Below the pieces are notes generated by a model. The model was not told the DNA's origin. It saw nothing but the letters and a program-made list of their open reading frames with translations, and made no database searches. From an uncultured virus (IMG/VR IMGVR_UViG_2061766007_000920) (lineage: Duplodnaviria > Heunggongvirae > Uroviricota > Caudoviricetes), in IMG/VR virus record IMGVR_UViG_2061766007_000920: a stretch of DNA of 64,000 nt; one strand, written 5' to 3'. Below are positions 39,595 through 48,797 of this stretch, piece after piece. How positions within the stretch are numbered: position 1 is the first letter of the stretch; every line of letters starts with the position of its first letter. A program made the translations under genes and the position numbers.

Positions 39595-42500
39595 TCATTT
39601 AAGAAAAGCAAAGAAAGAAACTTTAATATTAGAATTATTAGTTATTGTAAGATTAGTACGCAAACAAATAACAGTACCGTTAGTCGAATCAGTGGAGATA
39701 AAGGCAGGATAAGTAGTCGCACCAACAGTAACAATACATTCATAATACCCAGCTATGTCAATTCCCAATGGGAAATGAACAAACACCTTATTATTGCCAC
39801 CATTGTATGACGGAAATGTAATAGTGTTAGCCCCTTGATTAGTAGCAATTTCAAAACTGCCAATAAGTATTCTGCCTTGACGCTGTATATTGCACGACCA
39901 TGAATCAGTATTATAGTTATTTCCAAGCACGCTACTCCACACAACTTGGTCTCTCTGAACATAATTCATTTGAGAAGTAGAGGCATAGTCTGTAGACAAT
40001 AAATGATAACGAGTTCCATCATAAACAAATAGCGCAGTACATCCTGCGAGAATGATATTATTGCCAATAGCGGAATTATTGTAATAAATTGGCTTAGCTC
40101 CTCTTGAATTAATATTCATAGTGGAATTACGATTAACAGCATTAGTAAACCTAACAGAAACATAACCACCATTTACTAAATTATATCCACTAAGACTGAC
40201 AGCTTTCTCTAAAGTGGAAGAAGCGGTTGAACATGTGCCATAGCCAAAACCTAAACTTTGTGGAGTATAAGTAGTATTATCATCAGAGCCATGTGATTGC
40301 CAAACCCAAGAACCGCCATCGAATACATATGTAACAAATCTATTAGAAGAACCGAACGCAGTTCTATTAGTTCCTGTAGGATTACCGTTGTTAAAATAGA
40401 TATTATAAGCACCGGTTCCGTTAACGTTAAGAGTAACCTTATTTTCACTAGTAGCACTATACGAATTGGAGTTTTTGAATTTAACGCAAACGGTAACACC
40501 TTTTCTTAATTTAAAATAGCCATCAACTGTAGCAACCTTATCTTTCACATTGCCTGCTGTCTCGCAATATCCTATATAAAGATTGCCCTTATGAAAACTA
40601 TCATTAGGTATATACGTGTCACTTGAAAAAGCAGGTCTGAGCATAGGTTTAAAAACTAAATTATTAGCAGTATAACCTTTTGCTATTCTAATATAATAAT
40701 TTGTTCCAAGGTTAGGATAAGAACTTGCGTGTTCATTAAGAGCAAATCTAACAGAGTTTCCATAATCATCAAAATTTAAAATGCTACTATTAGGAGAACT
40801 CGCGGCTTGCAATTTTAGCATGTATGAAGACACAGAACCACCGCTAGGGCATCCAGATAAAATATATTCTCCTTCGGGAAGGTCATAAGGGTTCATAGTA
40901 GAACCCGCAAGAACACAGTGAGCCAAATCAGTCGCAGTTCCATTTACAGTAATCTCGCCAGTAGCAGGATTAAAAGTAAAAGTAATACCATTAGTAGTGT
41001 AAGAGGAAGAAATGTAGCTCCATGAAGGCAAAAGGTTCTTACCAGTAGCGGTCATAAGAGAGGATGAATCCCTATCATTCGCAACTCTTACCCATGGTTG
41101 CCAAACTCCTGCGTTGGCTTGCCTTCGTCTATAAATACCATCAGCATTATTCGTTACATAGATTTGCATATTCCAAGAAGAAAGTTCAGTTAACGACATA
41201 ACAATCAACTTGCCGCTTCTCTTATCTGGAATATTAGTCATAGTATCAGCATCAGCTTGATTGAGTACATAATAAATTCCTATACTTCCATAATCATTAA
41301 AATTAGAATTAGCAGGAATCCTAACACCTCTATATATTAAGGACTGGTCTTCTTCGATAAGTCTTCTATCACCTCTCCATTCGCCGTTTTTGAAATAATT
41401 ATACATTAAAGCACCGTTAGCTACGTTATGCTTTAATACAAATCCATTTTTGTCAAAATAAACGTTATCAACAACATAGCCAGAAGTATCAGCCACATAA
41501 TTTTGACCCACAACACTACTAGAAATATCAAACGAAACAATATGATAAACGTCGTTAACAGAGTCATACATAAGCGTTATATAATGCGCACCCGATATAA
41601 TGCGTATGCTATCAGCACTCCTTACAGGATTATTACGGAAATACCAAATAGTTTTTGCGCCAGTATTACTAATATTAAGAGTTGCGTTCACAGGAAGCGC
41701 TTTTTCAACTCTAATCATAACCATAACGCCATTAACAAGAGAAAAGTTATCTATACTCGCAGTAACAGCCGAACCGCTAATAGTAGCGACAGCATATCCA
41801 CCGTTAGGCACAGCGTCGCTTGGTGTTAATTCGCACCATGGTTGAGCTGTTCCATCGTCATCAATGCATCTAACACAAATATGAACCTTATGTCCAGTGC
41901 CTTGCCAATTAGTTATATACATTTGAACGACGCGATTGCTAGAATCTGTATCAAGAACCCAGAGTTTTCCAGACCACGCTTTGCCCATGGGCATATTTGC
42001 AATAGTAGCCGCTTTGCCGTTATCAGAAACATAATAACTGCCCGCAGTAACATAATCATTAAGGTCAGCGTTATCGGGAATAGCAGTTCCTTTGAAATCA
42101 AGAGTATGAATTGCCTCACGAAAAGCATCCATATCAGCAACTTCATACGTAAGCTTTCCCTGTTTATCCATATAGAACTTTATGCCCTTTTGTCCTTTAC
42201 GATTGCCTTGCTCATCGTAATTTCTAACATAAGCGTACCATCCAATTCTTCCGTCAGGTTCGACAACGGATTCTGTACGCATAAAAATTCTTCCATCTTT
42301 ATCAAGATGACTTTCCATGGTAGGGTAAACCACACTTGAAACGTTATTGTTTGTCTTTGAAGCAATAATGTTGTGATGTTTAATTTCAAGTGCATCAGCA
42401 ACATTCCTAATTGTATAACCTTTATTTTCTGGCTGTCTAGCCACAAAATAATCTCTTATTTTTGAAACAAAAGAAGAGAAAAGGCTTTTTCTCTTCTTCT

Positions 42501-42708
42501 TTTCAGACACATCATAAAAAGGGATATAATCTTCACTAGAAATATCCGCTACTTCATCTTTTACAGCGTAATAATCCGCTTTACCTTCTATTCCTACGCC
42601 AGATTTCTTATGCGCTGTATCGCCTTTCGTGAGCTTTTCTTCGTCAACAGAATCCTGTCTTAGATTTATCAAATCATCACCATTAAATCTAACTTGATTA
42701 ACAGCCAT
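39595..42708 (-). CDS. Large modular tail fibre (pyocin-knob-like and repeated beta modules)
   Basis: 1037 aa; IPDNADLNDYVTAGSYY and IPANSNFNDYGSIGIYY repeats; repeated TLNVNGTGA-type modules. Confidence 0.82.
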   Translation of the reverse strand: MAVNQVRFNGDDLINLRQDSVDEEKLTKGDTAHKKSGVGIEGKADYYAVKDEVADISSEDYIPFYDVSEKKKRKSLFSSFVSKIRDYFVARQPENKGYTIRNVADALEIKHHNIIASKTNNNVSSVVYPTMESHLDKDGRIFMRTESVVEPDGRIGWYAYVRNYDEQGNRKGQKGIKFYMDKQGKLTYEVADMDAFREAIHTLDFKGTAIPDNADLNDYVTAGSYYVSDNGKAATIANMPMGKAWSGKLWVLDTDSSNRVVQMYITNWQGTGHKVHICVRCIDDDGTAQPWCELTPSDAVPNGGYAVATISGSAVTASIDNFSLVNGVMVMIRVEKALPVNATLNISNTGAKTIWYFRNNPVRSADSIRIISGAHYITLMYDSVNDVYHIVSFDISSSVVGQNYVADTSGYVVDNVYFDKNGFVLKHNVANGALMYNYFKNGEWRGDRRLIEEDQSLIYRGVRIPANSNFNDYGSIGIYYVLNQADADTMTNIPDKRSGKLIVMSLTELSSWNMQIYVTNNADGIYRRRQANAGVWQPWVRVANDRDSSSLMTATGKNLLPSWSYISSSYTTNGITFTFNPATGEITVNGTATDLAHCVLAGSTMNPYDLPEGEYILSGCPSGGSVSSYMLKLQAASSPNSSILNFDDYGNSVRFALNEHASSYPNLGTNYYIRIAKGYTANNLVFKPMLRPAFSSDTYIPNDSFHKGNLYIGYCETAGNVKDKVATVDGYFKLRKGVTVCVKFKNSNSYSATSENKVTLNVNGTGAYNIYFNNGNPTGTNRTAFGSSNRFVTYVFDGGSWVWQSHGSDDNTTYTPQSLGFGYGTCSTASSTLEKAVSLSGYNLVNGGYVSVRFTNAVNRNSTMNINSRGAKPIYYNNSAIGNNIILAGCTALFVYDGTRYHLLSTDYASTSQMNYVQRDQVVWSSVLGNNYNTDSWSCNIQRQGRILIGSFEIATNQGANTITFPSYNGGNNKVFVHFPLGIDIAGYYECIVTVGATTYPAFISTDSTNGTVICLRTNLTITNNSNIKVSFFAFLK

Positions 42709-42931
42709 TCAAGCCATCCTTTCTAAGATATTCTATCAGCATAACAGAATACTTACTTATAATATTACTAACTTGCCTATTAGACATGTTGATTTCTTCA
42801 CTAATTTTCTCGTGCGAAAGCCCATCAATAAAGCATTTTCTTAAAATGAGTCTATCTCTTTGTGAATGGATATTTTCTTCAATTACCTCACTCATCTCGC
42901 TATTGGTATAGTTAATATTTTTTAGTCTCAT
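42698..42931 (-). CDS. Sigma70 region-4-like HTH regulator
   Basis: RDRLILRKCFIDGLSHEKISEEINMSNRQVSNII. Confidence 0.72.
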   Translation of the reverse strand: MRLKNINYTNSEMSEVIEENIHSQRDRLILRKCFIDGLSHEKISEEINMSNRQVSNIISKYSVMLIEYLRKDGLNGC

Positions 42932-43006
42932 TAGTCCTCACTTAATCCCTTTGAAAAGCAAGGGTTATTTTACGACAAAATAATAGCCAACCTCCGCGAA
43001 AAGGTT

Positions 43007-43024
43007 GGCTCTCTTTGGCTCTAC
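43007..43024 (-). repeat. 18-bp motif GTAGAGCCAAAGAGAGCC, copy 1
   Basis: Identical to 45432-45449; runs into the 5' arm of a terminator-like hairpin (42985-43010). Confidence 0.8.
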
Positions 43025-43053
43025 ATTCATAAAGCTTTTGATTGTAGATGCAA

Positions 43054-43308
43054 TTATGCCTCATCAGAATCGTTATTATGACTCTTTTTTACAAGTTTAA
43101 ATACATCTTGCATCTTATTTTTCTTTAAAAAACAACACAAGCCAATCTCTTCTGCAAAAAAACCATAAAAACATATCGTTAAAACCGTCGATTCAGCACC
43201 CGTTACGGCAAGGATTATTGTATGAGCAATCGTATATATGATAACAGAAATAACGCTTAAAAGCAACCATTTGTCAAGATTGTCCATCTTCTTCTTATCC
43301 TGCTTCAT
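43054..43308 (-). CDS. Small membrane protein (holin/antiholin-like)
   Basis: Two hydrophobic segments; lysis cluster. Confidence 0.55.
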   Translation of the reverse strand: MKQDKKKMDNLDKWLLLSVISVIIYTIAHTIILAVTGAESTVLTICFYGFFAEEIGLCCFLKKNKMQDVFKLVKKSHNNDSDEA

Positions 43309-43672
43309 AAGAGTTCTCCTGCTGTTTTGTTGGCAAAGCCAAAGCTTTTTCCTTATACGATTTAGCAACATCATTGCCTCCGAGCTTAGAATATATAGAA
43401 TATGTTTTATCAAGCGTCAAGCGTTCATCGCTATCACAATAGCCTTTTTCTATATACTTTTCGCATGAATTGATAATATTCATCCTCAGTAATGCTTGCA
43501 CGCCGTCTGCTATTAGAGCGACTTGTTCACGTTGCTTTTTCTCTGGCTCTCTGATTTTCTTTAAGCTGTTCAAAACTATCGTGGTAGCCCCAGAAACCGT
43601 TATTACTACCCCGCACACCCACGCTAAGATTGTTATGTAATCTTTTATTGATAATACACTTGCAGTACTCAT
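43295..43672 (-). CDS. Holin-like protein
   Basis: One TM segment then GVQALLR...YSKLGGN motif. Confidence 0.65.
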   Translation of the reverse strand: MSTASVLSIKDYITILAWVCGVVITVSGATTIVLNSLKKIREPEKKQREQVALIADGVQALLRMNIINSCEKYIEKGYCDSDERLTLDKTYSIYSKLGGNDVAKSYKEKALALPTKQQENSYEAG

Positions 43673-43691
43673 CTCAAACCCCTTCCCAAAG

Positions 43692-44006
43692 TCAGTCTTT
43701 TACAAATTCAGTCATTACATACCCTACAATCTTACACCATCCATCCTTTTCCTCTTCGACAATAACAGGAGTTCCTGTTTTAAGTCTAAAAAGAACTTCT
43801 CCGTTCGGGTTAGTCCTTACATTAATTAAATTAGCAGAAGATGAGATTATTTTCTTTCCCTTTTTCTCGGGAATCTTTTTCTCCACCTTCTTTTCATCCT
43901 CAATAGGAGCTTTAATATCTTCCACAGGAGGATTAAAAGCATCATCTTTCATTGGTTTTACAACTTCGTTTACATTCTCTGAATTTTTCTTTCTCGGCAT
44001 GTCCAT
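43692..44006 (-). CDS. SH3b-domain protein
   Basis: INVRTNP...GWCKIVGYV. Confidence 0.7.
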   Translation of the reverse strand: MDMPRKKNSENVNEVVKPMKDDAFNPPVEDIKAPIEDEKKVEKKIPEKKGKKIISSSANLINVRTNPNGEVLFRLKTGTPVIVEEEKDGWCKIVGYVMTEFVKD

Positions 44007-44032
44007 TCTCCTTTGTCTAATTATTAAAGGCT

Positions 44033-44785
44033 TTAAACCTTCAATTCATTCAACTTATTAATTGTTTCTTTGCCAACAATTCCGTCTTGAGTTAAACCGT
44101 TATCTTTTTGGAATAAAATAACGGCTAGTTTTGTTTTGACTCCAAATTGCTTGTCAACATCTAAATTAGCCCCATGACGATTTAGCTCGTATTGAAGCCA
44201 TGCGACACTCTCTCCAATACTACCTTCTTTAAGGAGTGAACTTGTCAACTTGTACGGATTGTCACCAATATCTACTACTACAACAACATGATGACCTGCT
44301 TTTAATAGAATATCTCCGCGTTTTAAACGCGCTGTGTTTGCAGTATAAAGAGGCGTTGTAAATATTTGAACGTCACCAGTCGCTTTTAGCACTGCTTGTA
44401 ATGTACTAGTTGTAGCACAGTTACCAGAAAGAGTCAATGCGCTCTCTGGAACACCCGCATACATACACGCGACACTAACTAAAGCAGAGCAATCAGTTTC
44501 ACAAGGGGTATTGACTTTTGACACATCGTAATTATACTTTCTCGCTTGGAAAAGAAGCGTGTTTCTTTGAAGTTGGTCGTAGCCAATATTATTATTTTTA
44601 CAAGCGTTCTCCATGCACTGAGCTACTTTCTCCGCCATGCGAGGCTCATTAAATCTTATAACGCATGTCCATCCGTTTCTATACCATGGACGAGTACAGA
44701 CCTCCTTTTTGTTTTGGTCTCCTGCTGTTCCATTTTTTACCGTTCCATTCTCACTTATACTTGCATGTGCTATTGTCACACTCAT
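44033..44785 (-). CDS. Endolysin (NlpC/P60-CHAP-like Cys peptidase plus PG-binding domain)
   Basis: ETDCSALV, GDILLKAGHHV; LKEGSIGESV...FQKDNGLTQDGIVG. Confidence 0.85.
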   Translation of the reverse strand: MSVTIAHASISENGTVKNGTAGDQNKKEVCTRPWYRNGWTCVIRFNEPRMAEKVAQCMENACKNNNIGYDQLQRNTLLFQARKYNYDVSKVNTPCETDCSALVSVACMYAGVPESALTLSGNCATTSTLQAVLKATGDVQIFTTPLYTANTARLKRGDILLKAGHHVVVVVDIGDNPYKLTSSLLKEGSIGESVAWLQYELNRHGANLDVDKQFGVKTKLAVILFQKDNGLTQDGIVGKETINKLNELKV

Positions 44786-45102
44786 TAGTCATCCACCTCT
44801 TCGTAATCATATTTGCTGTTGCAATAATTGTTTTCTAAAGAAGCTAATAATCTTTGTCGTTCTTCGTCAAAATATTCTTTCAACACTTCTTTAAATTTTT
44901 CCAATCCGTCTGGGTTGTCGCTTAAATACTTACCAACGTCAACACTTTTGCCGTCAATAGTAAAATCATAAGCGTCCAGAGTGTCAAAAAAATTATTAAT
45001 CGAATCTTCAACCGCATAATCAAAACCCTTCACATATTCTTTTGTGATACCCGTATCACAAAGCTTCCTTCTCATTCTCGACATAGGCTTTAGCCTTTTC
45101 AT
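44785..45102 (-). CDS. Hypothetical protein
   Basis: ORF between holin and endolysin. Confidence 0.55.
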   Translation of the reverse strand: MKRLKPMSRMRRKLCDTGITKEYVKGFDYAVEDSINNFFDTLDAYDFTIDGKSVDVGKYLSDNPDGLEKFKEVLKEYFDEERQRLLASLENNYCNSKYDYEEVDD

Positions 45103-45382
45103 TCTTTGAGAGTATATCTTTCATGTCTTCAAGTACGGCATCCACCCATGCGCTAAAGACAGGAAAAGGAATAATCTTTGAAAAAATCGGGTACTTTTCA
45201 ATAAAGTTACCATAAACCACCGAGAGCTTTATCTTTCCTGTGCCACTGCCTAAATCTTTTTCAGCCATGACAACAGCCTGTAGCAGAAATTCGACAACCG
45301 AACGCTTACCGTTCAGCAAGAAATACACTACCACGGCTACTACAGTGATAATTAAGCTCCAATTATTAATTATCCATTCCAT
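45056..45382 (-). CDS. Holin (LL-H-like)
   Basis: N-terminal TM, AEKDLGSGTGKIKL motif. Confidence 0.75.
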   Translation of the reverse strand: MEWIINNWSLIITVVAVVVYFLLNGKRSVVEFLLQAVVMAEKDLGSGTGKIKLSVVYGNFIEKYPIFSKIIPFPVFSAWVDAVLEDMKDILSKNEKAKAYVENEKEAL

Positions 45383-45431
45383 ACTACCACCATCCTTCTA
45401 ATCAAAAAAGAGAGTCAAGGATTAAATCCTC

Positions 45432-45449
45432 GGCTCTCTTTGGCTCTAC
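45432..45449 (-). repeat. 18-bp motif GTAGAGCCAAAGAGAGCC, copy 2
   Basis: Identical to 43007-43024; overlaps terminator hairpin 45408-45441 followed by T run on minus strand. Confidence 0.8.
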
Positions 45450-45487
45450 CTAAATGGTAGCATGGTTTACCTCATTAAACAAACAAT

Positions 45488-45925
45488 TTAATTGTTCATT
45501 GACTCGATTGCAACTCTGATAGCCTCTTTTTCGGTTTCATTAGTTGCTTTATCCATTAGCCTTTGAAGTTCCTCTTTTGTGTTTGAACTGCCCGCATAAT
45601 ACCCGTTATCTCTCGAATATCCATCGGCATATCTTCCTTGATTATCTCGCTGTGCATTAGCACCACGTCCTCTCGCAAAAGAATAGCCGCCCATCGGGTA
45701 CATACCAGAATATCCATCTTGTCCATTCATAGAATTTCCAATATAAGATACTCCTGCGTATGAGCTTCCTCTAAAATCTTCCATAGCCTCAATTGTATCA
45801 ATGTCTTTAATAACATCAACTGCTTTGTAAACAACCTCAAGGCTATTCATATCAAGAGCGTTTTTACGGCTTATATGCTCAAGTTCATCACACATAAGTT
45901 CTTTTATCTGATTATAAACTCTCAT
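45488..45925 (-). CDS. Cassette gene 5: helical protein with Tyr/Gly/Ser-rich low-complexity middle
   Basis: AAAGGAG RBS; RGRGANAQRDNQGRY motif. Confidence 0.7.
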   Translation of the reverse strand: MRVYNQIKELMCDELEHISRKNALDMNSLEVVYKAVDVIKDIDTIEAMEDFRGSSYAGVSYIGNSMNGQDGYSGMYPMGGYSFARGRGANAQRDNQGRYADGYSRDNGYYAGSSNTKEELQRLMDKATNETEKEAIRVAIESMNN

Positions 45926-45938
45926 ATTACGCTCCTTT

Positions 45939-46388
45939 CTAAGCTATCCTCGATACAGTCAAATTTGCATTTGCCACTTCAACTGTTGGAGTAGGCGTTG
46001 TAGTGCCATCTGTCACACCGCTTACGTATCTTACAGACACGTTAAAACAGCATCCTTTAGGAACTGTTATAATAGCTGTACTGGTTAAATTCTGAAACTC
46101 CTCTACTGCTTGTGGAGTAGCAATAGCTAAGCTACTCGGACGAGTTTCACCATTAACTGAGATAGCAATACCAACAGGGGTTACTTCACCACCTGTCGGT
46201 ATCTGTACATTGCCATTCCAAATAAGTTGATAACGAGCAAAACAATTAGGGGTTGCACCTCGGAGAGTAAAGTTCCCTGTTCCGTTGTCATGTATCACAT
46301 AACCTCTCGGACAAGGAATGGAAGCATTAAACACAATCGGATTGTTTAAAGCTACAGTCTGATTGCTTATTTCTATATACTCAGCCAT
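45939..46388 (-). CDS. Cassette gene 4: all-beta protein, possibly BclA-C/C1q-like
   Basis: MAEY start, alternating beta pattern, Cys pair KGCC, ANANLTVSRIA end. Confidence 0.55.
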   Translation of the reverse strand: MAEYIEISNQTVALNNPIVFNASIPCPRGYVIHDNGTGNFTLRGATPNCFARYQLIWNGNVQIPTGGEVTPVGIAISVNGETRPSSLAIATPQAVEEFQNLTSTAIITVPKGCCFNVSVRYVSGVTDGTTTPTPTVEVANANLTVSRIA

Positions 46389-46403
46389 AGTGTCATCCTC
46401 CTA

Positions 46404-47309
46404 TTAAAATTGACCGCATCCACAACTTGCTGTTTGAGGACAACTAAAAATCGGAGTATTGCCGTAAACGGGTGTTGTTCCAACAGGACAATTTTTCAGT
46501 CTGTTGTACAACTGGTCTACCTCATTAGCAAAGCCCTGTGAAATGAATGCATTCTGCGCTGTCTGTGATTCTCTAAGCGTAGCCATGTTAAGCTGTGTTT
46601 GAAGCTCTGAAATCCTGTCATTCTTTGCTTCAACCTGTGCCTTGACTCCATCTAGTTCAAGCTGACAGAGCTTGTCAAGAATTGCTTTTGTGCCCATTGC
46701 TTGAGAATCTATGATATTTCTTGTGTTTGTTGCACTAGCATTTCTTGTAGCACATTCCTCAGTTGCGATAGTATAGCGAATATCGCCTAATCCACCCTTA
46801 ACATCAGAATTATTCTGTGCTAATTGTCCTTGAACAGCATTGAAGCCTTGTGCTGTAGCTGTTTGGCTTGCAAAAGCTTGTTGCATACTAGCCATCTGTC
46901 TAGCATTATCAGCTATTTCAGCCTGTGAAAAACCACTATTTACAGCTTGAACGATTCCATTTCCTGTCTGACAAAGATTCTGATTGATTCCTGCAATGCC
47001 AAGTTGAACATCACCGAAACCAGATGTTACAGAATTTTGCAGTCCACTAATAGCGGTGTTTAAAGCTTGATTCTGGAAACCATTAGTAGTAATCTGTGCG
47101 TTATTCATCCATGGATAAAGAAGATTTCCGTCAGCACCACCAAAGCCTCCGAATCCTCCGTTTCCCCATCCTCCGAAACCGCCAAAAGCGAAAAGAAGGA
47201 TAAGAATAAGCCACCAATCACCATTGTAGCCAAAGCCTCCTCCCATGCCACTATTAGCGGCGTAAGCAGGAGCTACTGGCATGTAAAGCTGTGAGCTATT
47301 TTCTACCAT
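46404..47309 (-). CDS. Cassette gene 3: Gly-rich membrane segment, Q/N-rich coiled coil, Cys-rich tail
   Basis: GDWWLILILLFAFGGFGGWGNGG; C-terminus SCPQTASCGCGQF. Confidence 0.75.
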   Translation of the reverse strand: MVENSSQLYMPVAPAYAANSGMGGGFGYNGDWWLILILLFAFGGFGGWGNGGFGGFGGADGNLLYPWMNNAQITTNGFQNQALNTAISGLQNSVTSGFGDVQLGIAGINQNLCQTGNGIVQAVNSGFSQAEIADNARQMASMQQAFASQTATAQGFNAVQGQLAQNNSDVKGGLGDIRYTIATEECATRNASATNTRNIIDSQAMGTKAILDKLCQLELDGVKAQVEAKNDRISELQTQLNMATLRESQTAQNAFISQGFANEVDQLYNRLKNCPVGTTPVYGNTPIFSCPQTASCGCGQF

Positions 47310-47461
47310 TCAATAGCGTCTCCTTTCGTTTGATTTATTTCCATATGCGCATAATAGAAACCTTGCTTAAACCTCACAAAAGGAATATAATATAACCATC
47401 CGTATAGTTACTTTACATATTAGTTTTGCGAGGGAAGCAATTAACTTACCACCCATTAAAG

Positions 47462-47737
47462 TTAATTGCTTTTTTCATTCATCATGTTTTGCACTTGATT
47501 AACTTGACCTTCAAATTGCCGAATATTATTAGGCATCATACCGTTTTGTATGAGATATTGCCCTATTTGTTCATAATTACACCCCATCTTCTGTATTTCT
47601 TCCGCTTGAACATCATTTATCATCCCGCGTTGGCGCAATATATTAGACAACATGTTTGGGTTCTGTCTTATTTGCTGTAGTTGATTAAAAAAACTCATCA
47701 TAGGGTTATTCATCATATTAAAAAAACTATTCATCAT
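47462..47737 (-). CDS. Cassette gene 2b: Met/Asn/Gln-rich small protein
   Basis: MMNSFFNMMNNPMM...QNP. Confidence 0.7.
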   Translation of the reverse strand: MMNSFFNMMNNPMMSFFNQLQQIRQNPNMLSNILRQRGMINDVQAEEIQKMGCNYEQIGQYLIQNGMMPNNIRQFEGQVNQVQNMMNEKSN

Positions 47738-48187
47738 TTAGTCCTCTTCATTTGTCTTTTTCTTAGTAGGCTTAAACGAAATCTCAGAAATCTTCTTTTC
47801 AACTTCTTCCTTTATTTTATCTGAAACAATCTGCTCAACTAAGTCTTCTATTTTATCTGATATAAGACTTTCAAATTCCTCTCGCTTCATATAATCTTTA
47901 AGCTGTTCAGAATCTTTCGGTTCAGTTTCATCTACAAGCCTTTTCTTAATAAAAGTTACTTTACCTAGTTGGTCTACAGACTTCATGTAAAGATAATCAG
48001 CTCTTTGATTCATCAAAAAGATACTTTGTCCTGCGTTAAGAGGATAATTCGCACCTTCTTCCTCGCTTTGAACCCAAGCAAGTATTTGATTCTGAGCTTG
48101 TGAAGGCTGTGGTATTACTGGTTGTTGAAGTTGTTGTTGAAAATTTGGATAGCTTTGATAATAGCTAGGATAGGGATAGTTGTTCAT
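47738..48187 (-). CDS. Cassette gene 2a: Y/P/Q-rich N-terminus plus small globular domain
   Basis: MNNYPYPSYYQ...WVQSEEEGANYPL...YMKSVD. Confidence 0.7.
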   Translation of the reverse strand: MNNYPYPSYYQSYPNFQQQLQQPVIPQPSQAQNQILAWVQSEEEGANYPLNAGQSIFLMNQRADYLYMKSVDQLGKVTFIKKRLVDETEPKDSEQLKDYMKREEFESLISDKIEDLVEQIVSDKIKEEVEKKISEISFKPTKKKTNEED

Positions 48188-48573
48188 TCTTTTTCCTCTC
48201 TTTTCCAATAAAATATCGGGGTCTCGTCACTACTATTCCAAGAATCATAGATATTTGAATCTTTGATACAGGCAACGTGTGTACCCGTTCCAACAATGAA
48301 TGTTCCTTTAGGATGGTCTTTTGCAAAATCCCTAAAGGTATAACAATCTGGACACAGATTAGAGATTGCGTATCGCCTAAAGCCTTTTGAATGCAAATAC
48401 GAATTAAGGACAATATTCGATGAAGGCATATCCTTCAAGAAAAATCCTTGCGAAGCTAGTTCGATATACGCACTATCCCATGACGTATTTAATGCTTTCG
48501 CTAAACACCTTATAGTGCAATCTCCTATTCCGCGTCTCTGGTATGGATTCGGGTTATAATACACGTATGCCAT
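48184..48573 (-). CDS. Cassette gene 1: putative papain-like Cys-His-Asp enzyme
   Basis: YNPNP...GDCTIRC...GTHVACI...YDSWNS. Confidence 0.6.
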   Translation of the reverse strand: MAYVYYNPNPYQRRGIGDCTIRCLAKALNTSWDSAYIELASQGFFLKDMPSSNIVLNSYLHSKGFRRYAISNLCPDCYTFRDFAKDHPKGTFIVGTGTHVACIKDSNIYDSWNSSDETPIFYWKREEKE

Positions 48574-48590
48574 CTTGCTTCCTTTCGTGA

Positions 48591-48777
48591 GGGGATGACA
48601 ATTTATTTTATAGGGGGCTGTCATCCCTCTGAACTGTATTATATAATACTTGTTCAAATAGGAACACGAAAAAAACATGCAATTTTTATGAAATTTTCAT
48701 GCAATTTTCGAGAAATTTATCATTACAATCAAATAGGAACACTTTTTCTCGTTAATTGAGAATAAAGTGTTCCTATT
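48591..48777 (-). promoter_or_regulatory. Cassette control region: 4 x 11-bp tandem repeats, TATAAT, two hairpins
   Basis: CATGCAATTTT/TATGAAATTTT/CATGCAATTTT/CGAGAAATTTA at 48676-48719; inverted repeat AATAGGAACACTTT (48732-48777); GGGATGACA...TGTCATCCC (48592-48627). Confidence 0.6.
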
Positions 48778-48797
48778 ATAAATAACGTCTTCACAAT

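Noticed and set aside
39300..42700. A-skew continuing across the strand switch as a positional mutation gradient
   Set aside because: Other minus-strand structural genes (about 51 kb) also favour T-ending codons, so it may be ordinary late-gene codon usage
39595..42708. Invertible cassette in the phage B tail fibre driven by the nearby recombinase
   Set aside because: No inverted repeat or antisense cassette found by eye; a computational inverted-repeat search is still worthwhile
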